Shown in pieces: positions 1 through 9,843 of a DNA stretch of 64,000 nucleotides. The DNA lies in contig CAWBQK010000015.1 in the NCBI GenBank assembly GCA_963791045.1, forward strand, positions 128,001 to 192,000, given 5' to 3'. The number at the start of each line of letters is the position of its first letter. The stretch's first letter is position 1. Below the pieces are notes generated by a model. It was not told the DNA's origin. It did not search any database and was given only the letters and a program-made list of their open reading frames with translations. Position numbers and translations under genes: made by a program. Origin of the DNA: Candidatus Latescibacterota bacterium. Lineage in GTDB: Bacteria > Krumholzibacteriota > Krumholzibacteriia > WVZY01.

Positions 1-1909
1 CCTGATTCGTCTGCGCAGTCGTGTACATGATTGTGTTCGGGAGCGTTGCGTAGGGACCGGTAAACGCGAACCCATCGGGAAGAGTGTCGTTTATCGTCCA
101 CGCGGCGACCTGGGCCGGGTCCGGGTCGAACGGCCACAGCCCGGGAAAAGTGAGCAGCCCGCGGGAAACGTCCACCACGCCCGAGGTGAGGTCGATGCGG
201 CTGTCCGGCGGCCCCGTGCCCGTCTGGTCGGTCTGGTCGAGACCGAATATACGGATAAAGGGAACATCGAGAGAATCGGGTGTCGTCGGGTTCTGACGGA
301 TCGAAATCTCAGCGATTTCGAGTTCGAGCGAGCTCGCATCGATGTTCGAGAGACCGAGGTTGTAAATGTTCCGCATCATGTACTGCCATGTGTACCCGAA
401 ACGCCCCGTCGGCAACGGATCGGCCGGCCAGATGAGTTCAAATTCGAGCGGCGCATCCTCGAGATCCGACGCGGGTTGTGCGTAGTCACCGATCGTATCG
501 CCGGCAACGTTTACATAGGCGACGGCGAGCACCTCGCCCTTCGAGACCGGCCGGACGAGTTCGATCCCGTTGACATCCTCGGTCACCGCGTCGAGGACAA
601 AGAGGTAGTCATCGCCCGGGATGAGGATTTCGAACTGTCTCTTTTCGAAATCATCCCCGCGTCCGATGTCAGTTCCGGTTCCAAACGTATCAACGTATGC
701 GATTCCCCATGTTTTCGGCCTCGAGGACGCCTCGAAGTCCTGGATCGACCGGTACACATCGATCAGACCCACTCTTGGCCGGACAAAGCGGCCGCCCATT
801 CCAGGAGTGGGCGGATGGTCGAGATAGAAATATTTATTCGCGACGAAGTTGAGACTCGAAATGGTTCGCTCTTCGGTCTGACCGAGAGATCCGCCGGACG
901 GGGTGAACGACGCACGCGATGCCTCGCCCTCCTCCTTGCTCGCGATCACCGTCATGTCCATCGGGCCGACCTGGGCCAGCGTTTTGATCCCGAAAAGCCC
1001 CTTCGATGATGTCGAAAAACTCACGAGCGGCGACCCGGGGAGCGACAAACTTGTGTTTCCGAGTTCGATCAGCTTAATGATGTCATCGTCGAAACCCACA
1101 TAGTTCAACCGGATCCGGTTCTGCCCCTCGAGTGTGCTGCTGCTCGTATGATCGACCTGTATATTGATTTTCTCACCGATCTGCCCCTGGAGACGCACAT
1201 CGAGTTCCTGCTTCATATCGAGCGACGGGAAGAGCGGTTGCTTTTGCTGTCCCTCTACGCCATAGAACGGGCTCACGCGGCGGGTTTCCCCGGCAAACGT
1301 AATCTGCTCGCGGCCGGAGATATCGATGTTGGTCTTGTCCCCCTCGCCGATAAGCTTTTCGACGGCGCCGGGAAGGGGAACGGGTATATTTATGTTAAGA
1401 AGCCCCTTCTGTTCCTCCTGATCCTGGTCCAGCGCGGTTACCGAATGGACAACCGACTCGCGCCACACCTCGTTGCGCGTGGAATGGAAGCGAGCCGCGG
1501 CGATTTCATCCACGGTTTCCAACGTCACTTCGACGCCGGGCGCGTCGATCGGCCGTAGTGAGAAAGCGATGAATTCCCCATCCCGGACTTCGTCGCTCTG
1601 GAACCGCTGTGTGAGGGGCACACGAAAGGTGATTTTAAGGTTGGCGTTCGGAGCGTACTCCTCGATTACACGCTGGCGCGAGAAATCGCTCGAGAGGAAG
1701 TTCGGAACGGTGTGGTGTTCACCAAGATAGACGACGTTGAGGGGAGTGCGCAGTGTATCCCACGGATTTTCTACATAGAGATCGCGAAAATCATTGAGGT
1801 CGAGGGTAAAACTTTGGGCGTGGATCGTTGTATAAGTTGTAAGTGAGATGACCGCTGCCGTCAAAAGCAGCAATAGCCGCCTTGCAGATGTTCTACTCGT
1901 CAAATGCAA
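1..1909 (-). CDS. sprA: SprA/Sov-like outer-membrane translocon of type IX secretion (N-terminal ~635 aa; gene continues past the left edge)
   Basis: Missing from the ORF track because no stop lies in the window. Manual translation from TTG 1909 (or 1903) gives a signal peptide (..RRLLLLLTAAVISLTTYTTIHA|Q) and SprA-type blocks: LDMKQELDVRLQGQIGEKINIQVDH..NRIRLNYVGFDDDIIKLIELGNTSLSLP..KGLFGIKTLAQVG, WQYMMRNIYNLG and IRIFGLDQ..PDSRID..GLLTFP..PF. Confidence 0.85.
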   Translation of the reverse strand, partial: MHLTSRTSARRLLLLLTAAVISLTTYTTIHAQSFTLDLNDFRDLYVENPWDTLRTPLNVVYLGEHHTVPNFLSSDFSRQRVIEEYAPNANLKITFRVPLTQRFQSDEVRDGEFIAFSLRPIDAPGVEVTLETVDEIAAARFHSTRNEVWRESVVHSVTALDQDQEEQKGLLNINIPVPLPGAVEKLIGEGDKTNIDISGREQITFAGETRRVSPFYGVEGQQKQPLFPSLDMKQELDVRLQGQIGEKINIQVDHTSSSTLEGQNRIRLNYVGFDDDIIKLIELGNTSLSLPGSPLVSFSTSSKGLFGIKTLAQVGPMDMTVIASKEEGEASRASFTPSGGSLGQTEERTISSLNFVANKYFYLDHPPTPGMGGRFVRPRVGLIDVYRSIQDFEASSRPKTWGIAYVDTFGTGTDIGRGDDFEKRQFEILIPGDDYLFVLDAVTEDVNGIELVRPVSKGEVLAVAYVNVAGDTIGDYAQPASDLEDAPLEFELIWPADPLPTGRFGYTWQYMMRNIYNLGLSNIDASSLELEIAEISIRQNPTTPDSLDVPFIRIFGLDQTDQTGTGPPDSRIDLTSGVVDVSRGLLTFPGLWPFDPDPAQVAAWTINDTLPDGFAFTGPYATLPNTIMYTTAQTNQ

Positions 1910-2263
1910 TGGGTATCTCTTGGCCACGTTTTGTCCAACAACGGGGAAGTCATGGGTTCACAAACCACTTTGGGGAAGACTTCGAGTTCGATCACCATCT
2001 CAAAATATGTCAGAGCACCCCGGGTGGGCATACGTCGGGCTGTCCCTGTTTCGATACAGAATCCTGCTGAATTGTCACCTTTTGGCGACAGTTTCCCATC
2101 GACACCTAGACCCCGACCGGTCAATCCCGCCACCGGCAAACCTTTTCGGTTTTGTCGCGGGACCGGTCAGGTGTCACATGTACAAAGTGCTTGAAAACAA
2201 AACAATTATTTGTGTATATAAATACGAAGTTTCGAATTTCTTAACGCTGAAGGATCGACATCA

Positions 2264-3688
2264 ATGATTCTCGAACGTTACATAGTCCGCAACTACATCG
2301 GACCGTTCATATTCTCGCTGTCGATCTTAACTTTCATTTTTATAATGGATTTCATCCTTCGCTACATCGATTTGTTTCTCGACAAAGGCGTCGCCTTTCA
2401 CATCGTCCTTCAGACATTTGTTCTGAGTCTTGGTCACATGTTTGCATTAATCATACCAATGGCCGTGCTGCCCGCAACGCTGATGGCGTTTGGTAACCTC
2501 GCATCTGAAAACGAGATAACGGCCATGAAGGCGAGTGGGATCAGCCTTTACCGAATGGTGCTCCCGGGGTTCGTCCTCGCGTCCCTGCTCACGTACGGAA
2601 TGATTCTCTACAACAATCACGTTCTGCCGGAGAGCAACCACAAGCTGCTCAACCTCCTCATCGACATCAACAAGAAGAAGCCGACGATAGAGATAAAGGA
2701 GAATGTTTTTATCGATGCCTTCGAGGGATACAAGATCTACGTCAGACACAAAGATGACAAGACGGGCAGAATCCGAAACGTCCAGATTTTCGAAAGCGAC
2801 AAGAAGGGCACGCTCATAAAGACAATCACCGCGGAACAAGGAAAGCTCGAATTCATCGAGGCGAGCCAGATTCTTCGTTTCGAGCTGGAGAACGCGGAAA
2901 TTCACGAGATACCCCAGGGGAACGACCCCTCGACCTACCGCCGGACGGTTCTGAAGAACTACATAATGAATATCAAGGACATCGACCGGTCGCTCAAAAG
3001 AAGCGAAAGAAACTACCGCGGCGACCGTGAAATGAGCGCCCAGATGATGCGCGACAAAATCGGAGACATACGGAACGACATCGTCGAAACCCGGGCGAAA
3101 ATGACGAGAATGGCGGGGCTCCAGGTTAACAACATGCTCGCCCTTCTCGAGCCCGCCGTCCGCGACAGTGTGTTCGGCGAGGGCAAGAGCCCGGAAACAC
3201 ACTCGCCCGACGGAAGGCCGAGACCCAGAATCCAGGCCCACGATGCCCAACCGAAACGGGAGACGGGCGAGAGACAATCCAAGGAGCTGCTGACGCGAAA
3301 GGCGCTTGAGAGCCAGTCCGAAATAAAGAAATCGTACTTCAGACAGATCGACCGGTATCGCGTGGAGATTCACAAGAAGTATTCGATACCCTTCGCATGT
3401 GTTATCTTTGTCCTCATCGGCTCCCCCATCGCAGTACGTTTGGGACGATCGGGGATGAATACGGCGATCGGTCTTAGCATTCTCGTTTTTCTCGTTTACT
3501 ATATCTGCTTGATTGGTGGCGAAAAACTCGCCGACCGGCGTATACTCAGTCCGGTGATCGCGATGTGGGTCCCGAATTTTCTGTTTGGAGTCGCCGCATT
3601 GATTCTTATTCGGAGAACCACACTCGAACAGGGCGCAATCCGCTTTCGCTTTCTTAGCCGTTTCAAGGTATTTCGAAAAAACCCATGA
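2264..3688 (+). CDS. lptF: LPS export ABC transporter permease LptF (long form)
   Basis: YjgP/YjgQ architecture with 3 N-terminal TMs, ENEITAMKASGISL, a periplasmic domain and EIHKKYSIPFAC followed by 3 TMs. First of a tandem pair. Confidence 0.9.
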   Translation: MILERYIVRNYIGPFIFSLSILTFIFIMDFILRYIDLFLDKGVAFHIVLQTFVLSLGHMFALIIPMAVLPATLMAFGNLASENEITAMKASGISLYRMVLPGFVLASLLTYGMILYNNHVLPESNHKLLNLLIDINKKKPTIEIKENVFIDAFEGYKIYVRHKDDKTGRIRNVQIFESDKKGTLIKTITAEQGKLEFIEASQILRFELENAEIHEIPQGNDPSTYRRTVLKNYIMNIKDIDRSLKRSERNYRGDREMSAQMMRDKIGDIRNDIVETRAKMTRMAGLQVNNMLALLEPAVRDSVFGEGKSPETHSPDGRPRPRIQAHDAQPKRETGERQSKELLTRKALESQSEIKKSYFRQIDRYRVEIHKKYSIPFACVIFVLIGSPIAVRLGRSGMNTAIGLSILVFLVYYICLIGGEKLADRRILSPVIAMWVPNFLFGVAALILIRRTTLEQGAIRFRFLSRFKVFRKNP

Positions 3689-4767
3689 ATTTCCGCATAC
3701 ACGACAGATACCTGCTCAAACAGTTCATTCGGATTTTCTTTATCGCCATCCTGGCGTTCACGGTCATCTATATCACGATCGATGTCTTCGAGGAGATTGA
3801 CAACTTTATCGATCACGAGGCGAGCCTGCCGACGATCGGTCTCTACTACCTTTTTTCGATCCCGTTTATTCTCACATACATCATTCCCGTCTCGCTTCTC
3901 CTCGGGGCAATATTCGCGCTTGGCATCATGTCCCGCCGAAACGAAATCACCGCGTTTATCGCTTCGGGGCTGAGCCTTGTCCGGATTGCGACGCCTATTC
4001 TGGTCACAGCCGTCGCCGTGAGCATCTTTTCAACCTGGTTCAATGACGAAGTGGTTTCCAAAGCCAACCGCCGCAGCGAGGACATAAAACATCACGAAAT
4101 CGAAGGCCGTACCAGGTCGAACCCAACGATCAAGGAAAACTTCCACTACCTGGGGGAAGATGGCTATGTGTATCTCGCCCGCCGCTACAGCATCGCGACA
4201 AAGACACTGCACGACGTCGTCGTACAAAAGTTCGATGAGACAACCCTGATTCGGCGTGTTGACGCGAAGAAGGCAAAGTGGAACGACGGCCAATGGACAT
4301 TCACAAATGGCTTTGACAGGCTTTTTGATTCCGACGCCGAGCATGTCCAGGCTTTCGATGAACTCCTGATCCCCGAGATTCACGAGCTGCCGAATGATTT
4401 CGCCAAAGACCAGGTCGACGTGGAGCACATGAATTTCAAAGAGCTGGCCACGCACGTTGAGAAAGTCCAACGAAGCGGGGGCGATGTCGAACGCTACCTC
4501 ACCGATCTTTATTTCAAATTCAGCTATCCCCTCGCCGGTTCGATATTCGTCCTGCTTGGCGTCGCGTTGTCCTCGGGCAAAAGAAAGCAATCCATCGCCA
4601 CCGGCTTCGGTCTCACCCTGGCGATCAGCTTTATCTACTACGGCGTATTGAGGGTCGGTCAAACCCTCGGGTACAACGGTGTGCTGCCGCCTTTGCTTGC
4701 GGCGGAGCTGGGAAACATTATATTCCTGGTAATAGGAATCGCACTCGTCGCCAGGGCAAACAAATGA
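3685..4767 (+). CDS. lptG: LPS export ABC transporter permease LptG
   Basis: DRYLLKQF start, NEITAFIASGLS, KFSYPL; ATGA overlap with lptF. Confidence 0.9.
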   Translation: MNFRIHDRYLLKQFIRIFFIAILAFTVIYITIDVFEEIDNFIDHEASLPTIGLYYLFSIPFILTYIIPVSLLLGAIFALGIMSRRNEITAFIASGLSLVRIATPILVTAVAVSIFSTWFNDEVVSKANRRSEDIKHHEIEGRTRSNPTIKENFHYLGEDGYVYLARRYSIATKTLHDVVVQKFDETTLIRRVDAKKAKWNDGQWTFTNGFDRLFDSDAEHVQAFDELLIPEIHELPNDFAKDQVDVEHMNFKELATHVEKVQRSGGDVERYLTDLYFKFSYPLAGSIFVLLGVALSSGKRKQSIATGFGLTLAISFIYYGVLRVGQTLGYNGVLPPLLAAELGNIIFLVIGIALVARANK

Positions 4768-6425
4768 TCATCGTTTTATTCATAAGCATTTTTCTCGCGT
4801 TGGCAGGAGCCGCAGCACCGATTGCCGCCGGCAATCCGACCTACAAGATCAAGAAATCGGACGTCGAGCTTCTCTCCTCCGATATGCAGGAGATCTTCGC
4901 CGGAACCCAATACCTCATGAATCCCTTCCAGATCCGGCACTTTTTGTCGCTTGCGACCGAGGAAGATCACATCGAGTGGATCAACCGTTTCTGGCAGCTC
5001 AACGACCCCACACCCACGACACCGGAGAATGAGAGGCGCGAGGAGCACCTCGTACGCGTCAAGCTCGCCAAAAAGTTCTTCCCGAGCAGAAAATGGCCGG
5101 GGTGGGACAAACGTGGCGAAGTTCTCATCCGGTACGGTCCTCCCGATTACCGGGGCAAGATATGGGGAGAAGTCACCATCAAGAAAATGCGACCGCCGGG
5201 AGAGCTGTGGTACTTCCAGCGCCACGACATGCTCATCGCGTTCCAGCAGTTCGGCCTCAACGACGAATACATTTATGCGATAAACGGCACGGGGATCTGG
5301 AACGATCTCTCCCCCGACCTCATCGAGTTTCTGCTTTATGACACGTCGGAAGGACTTGCCCAGAAATTTCCCCTCGACATGATGGAATCATATGAACCCG
5401 TCGCCTTCGACGAGGGCTATCAGAAACTCGGAGACCCGATCGCTGAAGCCAATTATCTCCAGGCGCAGGCGCCTAACCTACCGGAAAATATCGACGCGAT
5501 AATGGACCCCAATGTCCAGCGCAGCATGCCAAAGGACATATCCGATGTGTTCCAAAGGGACAAGATCATGGAGGTCGCCAACAATTTTGAGATCGTGCTC
5601 GAAGACATACCGGCAAGCTACCCGTTCAACTTCAACCGCAAAGAGCTTCCATTCTATTTCGGCGTCGACCAGTTTCGAAGTGGCGACGATCACAACAGAG
5701 TCGACATCAATCTCGAACTCCCCGTGGTATTCGAGGGCGGCTCATCGTTCGAGGAGACGTACCATGCGGAGGTTGTGATCTGGAACTCAGAATTCGAGGA
5801 GGTGGCGCGAAAACAACGAGACATAGTGCTCAAAACCGCGCCGGACGTGGACGATTTCGCCAATCTAGTCCCCACGCAATTGGTGCTTTCGCTCGAAAAA
5901 GGTTATTACAGGATGGCGGTTTCGGTTAGAGGCGAGAATTCAGGATCCGAATCGTCTTACAAGACATCGTTCACCTGCCGCACTTTTGGGCCCGAGCTCG
6001 AACTCAGCGATATCCTTTTTGCCCGGCGGATCGCGCAGAGCGAAAGATCGTCTATTTTCTCGCGCGGAGCGCTCGAAGTCATACCACATCCCGTCCGGGC
6101 CTACGGCCGTTCAATCGCGATACCGCTCTACTTCGAAATCTACAATCTCACATTGGATGAACGCGGCGTATCGTCGTACACGATTGGTTACCAGGTCATT
6201 CCACATTCTAAAAAGAAAAAACACATATGGGACCGGTTCGATGACGCCCTGCCCATCGTGTCGTCGCGTTTCGAATCGTCGGGGTACAGCGAGAACGAAA
6301 CACGCTATATCAACGTCGGAACCCACAATCTCTCCCAGGGTTCTTTCGATATCCTCGTAACCATCACGGACAACCTTTCCGGCGACGTCACCTTCCGCAA
6401 AGGCACTTTCTCAATAGTCGAATAA
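4764..6425 (+). CDS. Exported GWxTD-domain protein with C-terminal beta-sandwich region
   Basis: Signal peptide; FWQLNDPTPTTPENERREEHLVRV..GWDKRGEVLIRYGPPD..ELWYF matches the GWxTD family pattern with a variant core. ATGA overlap with lptG. Confidence 0.8.
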   Translation: MIIVLFISIFLALAGAAAPIAAGNPTYKIKKSDVELLSSDMQEIFAGTQYLMNPFQIRHFLSLATEEDHIEWINRFWQLNDPTPTTPENERREEHLVRVKLAKKFFPSRKWPGWDKRGEVLIRYGPPDYRGKIWGEVTIKKMRPPGELWYFQRHDMLIAFQQFGLNDEYIYAINGTGIWNDLSPDLIEFLLYDTSEGLAQKFPLDMMESYEPVAFDEGYQKLGDPIAEANYLQAQAPNLPENIDAIMDPNVQRSMPKDISDVFQRDKIMEVANNFEIVLEDIPASYPFNFNRKELPFYFGVDQFRSGDDHNRVDINLELPVVFEGGSSFEETYHAEVVIWNSEFEEVARKQRDIVLKTAPDVDDFANLVPTQLVLSLEKGYYRMAVSVRGENSGSESSYKTSFTCRTFGPELELSDILFARRIAQSERSSIFSRGALEVIPHPVRAYGRSIAIPLYFEIYNLTLDERGVSSYTIGYQVIPHSKKKKHIWDRFDDALPIVSSRFESSGYSENETRYINVGTHNLSQGSFDILVTITDNLSGDVTFRKGTFSIVE

Positions 6426-6540
6426 CCAAAAAAAGAGCACGCCGTATTGTCATTCCAAATAAGGAACAAACAAGCCGGCGTGCCCGTCTGCAATTCTCGC
6501 CCGGCGCCTTCGAAATCAGACACGGCGCCGAAATCCCGGA

Positions 6541-7695
6541 CTAGCCAAGGGCTCCCTTGAGCTTGTCGGCGAAATCCGTCTTCTCCCAGGTGAAATCCTG
6601 CTCTTCCCTGCCGAAATGACCGTAAGCGGCCGTTTGGCGGTAAATGGGACGCCTGAGATGGAGCCTCTCGATGATTCCATCGGGAGTGAGATCAAAAGTC
6701 TTGCGGACGATCTCGGTAAGCTTGATGTCTTCGACCTTACCCGTACCGAAGGTATCAACCATGATCGACACGGGCTCGGGCTCGCCAATCGCATAGGCGA
6801 CCTGGATCTCGCAGTTATCCGCCAGGTCCGCGGCAACAATGTTCTTGGCGATGTGCCGTGCCGCGTAAGACGCGCTGCGGTCGACCTTCGACGGGTCCTT
6901 ACCCGAGAACGCGCCACCGCCGTGGCTACCGACGCCGCCGTAGGTATCGACGATAATTTTGCGTCCGGTGAGGCCGCAGTCCGCCTTTGGACCACCCTCC
7001 ACAAACCGGCCGGTCGGATTGACGAACAGAATGTAGTCGTCGTCCGTCTTCATCTCGTATTTTTCGAGGACGTATTCGACGACGTGTTTCTTGAGGTCTT
7101 CGCGAATCTGATCGATGGAGACATCGTCGTCGTGCTGCGTCGAAACAACGACGGTGTGAACGCGTTTCACCGCGCCGTTCTCATACTCCACCGTGACTTG
7201 TGACTTGCCGTCGGGACGAAGATAGGACAGGTCTTTGATTTCCCTGCGGACTTCGGCCAGTCTGCGTGTGAGCTGGTGCGCCAGAAAGATCGATACGGGC
7301 ATCAGGACTTTTGTCTCTCGGCACGCATAACCGAACATCATGCCCTGGTCTCCGGCCCCGCGCTTGTCGACGACGCCGAGGCGAATGTCGGGCGACTGCT
7401 CGTCGATCGACGTGATAACCGCACAGGTGTGGTAATCAAACCCGAATGACGCATCGGTGTAACCGACGTCCTTAATTACCTGTCGCGCGATACTGGGGAT
7501 GTCAACATATGCGTCCGTGGTGATTTCGCCGGTGATGAAGGCCATCCCGGTCGTGACGAGCGATTCGCACGCCACCTTGCCGTGCGGATCTTTCGCGAGC
7601 ACCGCATCGAGAACGCTGTCAGATATCTGATCGGCGACCTTGTCTGGGTGTCCTTCCGTTACCGATTCCGATGTAAAAAGCCGATTCACAGCCAT
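6541..7695 (-). CDS. metK: S-adenosylmethionine synthetase
   Basis: [31 protein letters not shown] 7695 follows an AGGAGG RBS. Confidence 0.98.
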   Translation of the reverse strand: MAVNRLFTSESVTEGHPDKVADQISDSVLDAVLAKDPHGKVACESLVTTGMAFITGEITTDAYVDIPSIARQVIKDVGYTDASFGFDYHTCAVITSIDEQSPDIRLGVVDKRGAGDQGMMFGYACRETKVLMPVSIFLAHQLTRRLAEVRREIKDLSYLRPDGKSQVTVEYENGAVKRVHTVVVSTQHDDDVSIDQIREDLKKHVVEYVLEKYEMKTDDDYILFVNPTGRFVEGGPKADCGLTGRKIIVDTYGGVGSHGGGAFSGKDPSKVDRSASYAARHIAKNIVAADLADNCEIQVAYAIGEPEPVSIMVDTFGTGKVEDIKLTEIVRKTFDLTPDGIIERLHLRRPIYRQTAAYGHFGREEQDFTWEKTDFADKLKGALG

Positions 7696-7736
7696 TCTGT
7701 CCTCCTTCACAAGAACGGTAATTAACCAAGCACCGT

Positions 7737-8717
7737 CTATTTAATTATGACTTCGCTCGAGTCTCCAATGTTGAGATTCTGAAAGCCCCCTCTTACCACG
7801 GCGTTTGAACCAATGATGCTTCCATCGAGAAGACAATTGTTCACGTTGGCGCCCCGGTCGAGCACAGAATCCTTTATGATTGAATTTTCGACAACCGAAT
7901 CGGCCGCTATCGATACGTACGGCCCGACTATCGAGTTTACAATCTTAACCGACGGCGCGATGAAAACGGGCGGTATTACTATCGAACCATCCGCCGCCGG
8001 CGCCTCATGCACTCCTTCGAGAAGCCGCCTGTTCGTCTCGAGCAGCGCCTCGGGTTTTCCGCAATCAAACCATTCATCAATTCCGAACGTTTCGAATTCC
8101 GCCCCCCGGTCAATCATCATTTGCAGGGCGGTCGTTATTTGATACTCACCGTGTTCCCTGATGTCCTTATCGATCTGCTCCTGAAGTACTTCAAAAAGAA
8201 GCGATGAGTCTTGAATATAGTAAAGTCCCACCAGAGCCAGGTTACTCGGGGGTTTTTTGGGTTTCTCCACCAGACGGGTGACCCTACGACCATCAAGTTC
8301 GCAAACACCGAACCGTCTTGGATCCTCGACTTCCTTGACGCCGAGGACGTTTGTCGTCGCCCCCGTGATGCTTCTGAGGTCAGAACGAACGACGGTATCA
8401 CCGAGTATCGTGAGAAGCGGCTCTCCCGTGTTCGCCGTGTCCCTCGTCATGTTCATCGCGTGGCCGATCCCGAGCCGTTCCGCCTGGTAGACAAAAGTCG
8501 CGTCGAGATCCTTGTACTCGGCCTTCACGTATTCTTCTATGAGCTCACCCTTGTATCCGACGATGAGCACAACCGACGAAACACCGAGTTCAATGACATC
8601 GTCGAGAATATGCGATATGATCGGCCGTCCGGCAACATAAAGTAGCGCCTTCGGCAACGTATAAGTATGGGGTCTGAGACGTGTTCCGATCCCAGCTGCG
8701 GGGATAATAGCTTTCAC
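7737..8717 (-). CDS. Sugar-phosphate nucleotidyltransferase (glucose-1-phosphate thymidylyltransferase-like) with C-terminal beta-helix
   Basis: [24 protein letters not shown] and a hexapeptide-like tail. Confidence 0.9.
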   Translation of the reverse strand: MKAIIPAAGIGTRLRPHTYTLPKALLYVAGRPIISHILDDVIELGVSSVVLIVGYKGELIEEYVKAEYKDLDATFVYQAERLGIGHAMNMTRDTANTGEPLLTILGDTVVRSDLRSITGATTNVLGVKEVEDPRRFGVCELDGRRVTRLVEKPKKPPSNLALVGLYYIQDSSLLFEVLQEQIDKDIREHGEYQITTALQMMIDRGAEFETFGIDEWFDCGKPEALLETNRRLLEGVHEAPAADGSIVIPPVFIAPSVKIVNSIVGPYVSIAADSVVENSIIKDSVLDRGANVNNCLLDGSIIGSNAVVRGGFQNLNIGDSSEVIIK

Positions 8718-8772
8718 CTCATCACAGCCTTTCCAAGCAAATTTTGTCTCGTGATTGACGCCAGACTACGCC

Positions 8773-9843
8773 TCAGTCGGGGTTTCTCTTGAGGCGGTCT
8801 TTCAGAAAATCGATGTTTGTCACGGGCGTTGGATCAACGCCGTTCAAATATGCCAAATACACGCTTGCGAAGTCACCAAGAATCATCGCAGCCAGGATTC
8901 TCGTCATTCGGCCCCCAACCACGTTCGGGATCCGGATGATGCCGCCGGAAAGCGGGCCGATGATTTCGAGGGCAATATCGGCCTGTCTGAGAGCCATCGG
9001 ATCATCTTCCTCGTCTTCGAGAGAGATAACCACGATCTGATCACGGATGGAATCGAGCGCTTTCCAGCCGACGATCTCGTTGTGATTGAGCTCGGAAAAG
9101 GTCGCGAAATGGGCGAGCGACTTCCCGTTTTCGTTTATCTGACAGCTCCATCTTCGAGCGACGGCGTCGAAAAGCCCTCCGCAGGAATACACGAACGGAA
9201 GCTTTCCCTCAAACCGGCGGGCGAGATCCGCCGCTTCGTTTTCGGGCGAATCCGGAGCGTATTCGCGACAAAGTATGCTGAGTTTCTCCCTGGCCTCTTC
9301 GAATTCCGCATCTTCGACCCTGGCAATCCCCATGGCGCTGAGCGTACAGATCAGCGGAAAAAACGAATAGGCAATCGCCGACCGCGGCGGCATTCCCCCG
9401 GGGATCTTGCACACCGGAATGGAATCGCGCTGGCAGCGTTTTTCGAGTTCTCCGCCACTCGTTATCGCGACCGCCGGCATCCCCGCGTCGCGAACCGCAT
9501 CGTAGGCGGAGAGCGTCTCACCGGTATTGCCCGAGTAACTCGAGAAAACAAAAAGCGCGTCTTCGTGCAGTGAAGACGGCACGTCATAGGCACGGTTGAC
9601 GTGGAGCGGAATATTCAAGCGGTTGCCAAAAAACGAGCGCACCATGTCACCGCCGATTGCGGACCCACCCATCCCGAACACCACTATTTTTTTTGGTGAT
9701 TGCGGAGAGAGAGTTTCGGCAAATTTCTTTCCGCGCTCCCACGCGTCGGACATATGCGATGGGAAGGCCAGAACGAGGTCCAGCATTCCTTTCTTGTCAA
9801 ATTCGCCGCGGAGTTTTTCAAAACTTACAGATTTATAGGCCAT
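8773..9843 (-). CDS. Bifunctional phosphoglucose/phosphomannose isomerase (SIS)
   Basis: GMGGSAIGGD, SYSGNTGET, QINENGK, ELNHNEIVGW. Likely ATG 9843 overlaps the ptsI stop. Confidence 0.92.
   Translation of the reverse strand: MAYKSVSFEKLRGEFDKKGMLDLVLAFPSHMSDAWERGKKFAETLSPQSPKKIVVFGMGGSAIGGDMVRSFFGNRLNIPLHVNRAYDVPSSLHEDALFVFSSYSGNTGETLSAYDAVRDAGMPAVAITSGGELEKRCQRDSIPVCKIPGGMPPRSAIAYSFFPLICTLSAMGIARVEDAEFEEAREKLSILCREYAPDSPENEAADLARRFEGKLPFVYSCGGLFDAVARRWSCQINENGKSLAHFATFSELNHNEIVGWKALDSIRDQIVVISLEDEEDDPMALRQADIALEIIGPLSGGIIRIPNVVGGRMTRILAAMILGDFASVYLAYLNGVDPTPVTNIDFLKDRLKRNPD

Noticed and set aside
476-1730. Plus-strand ORFs at 476-1009, 1148-1558 and nearby
   Set aside because: They are antisense to the sprA-like frame, which has recognisable conserved blocks.
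1910-2263. tRNA or ncRNA in the sprA-lptF intergenic region
   Set aside because: No cloverleaf or recognisable RNA family; it is most simply a divergent promoter region.
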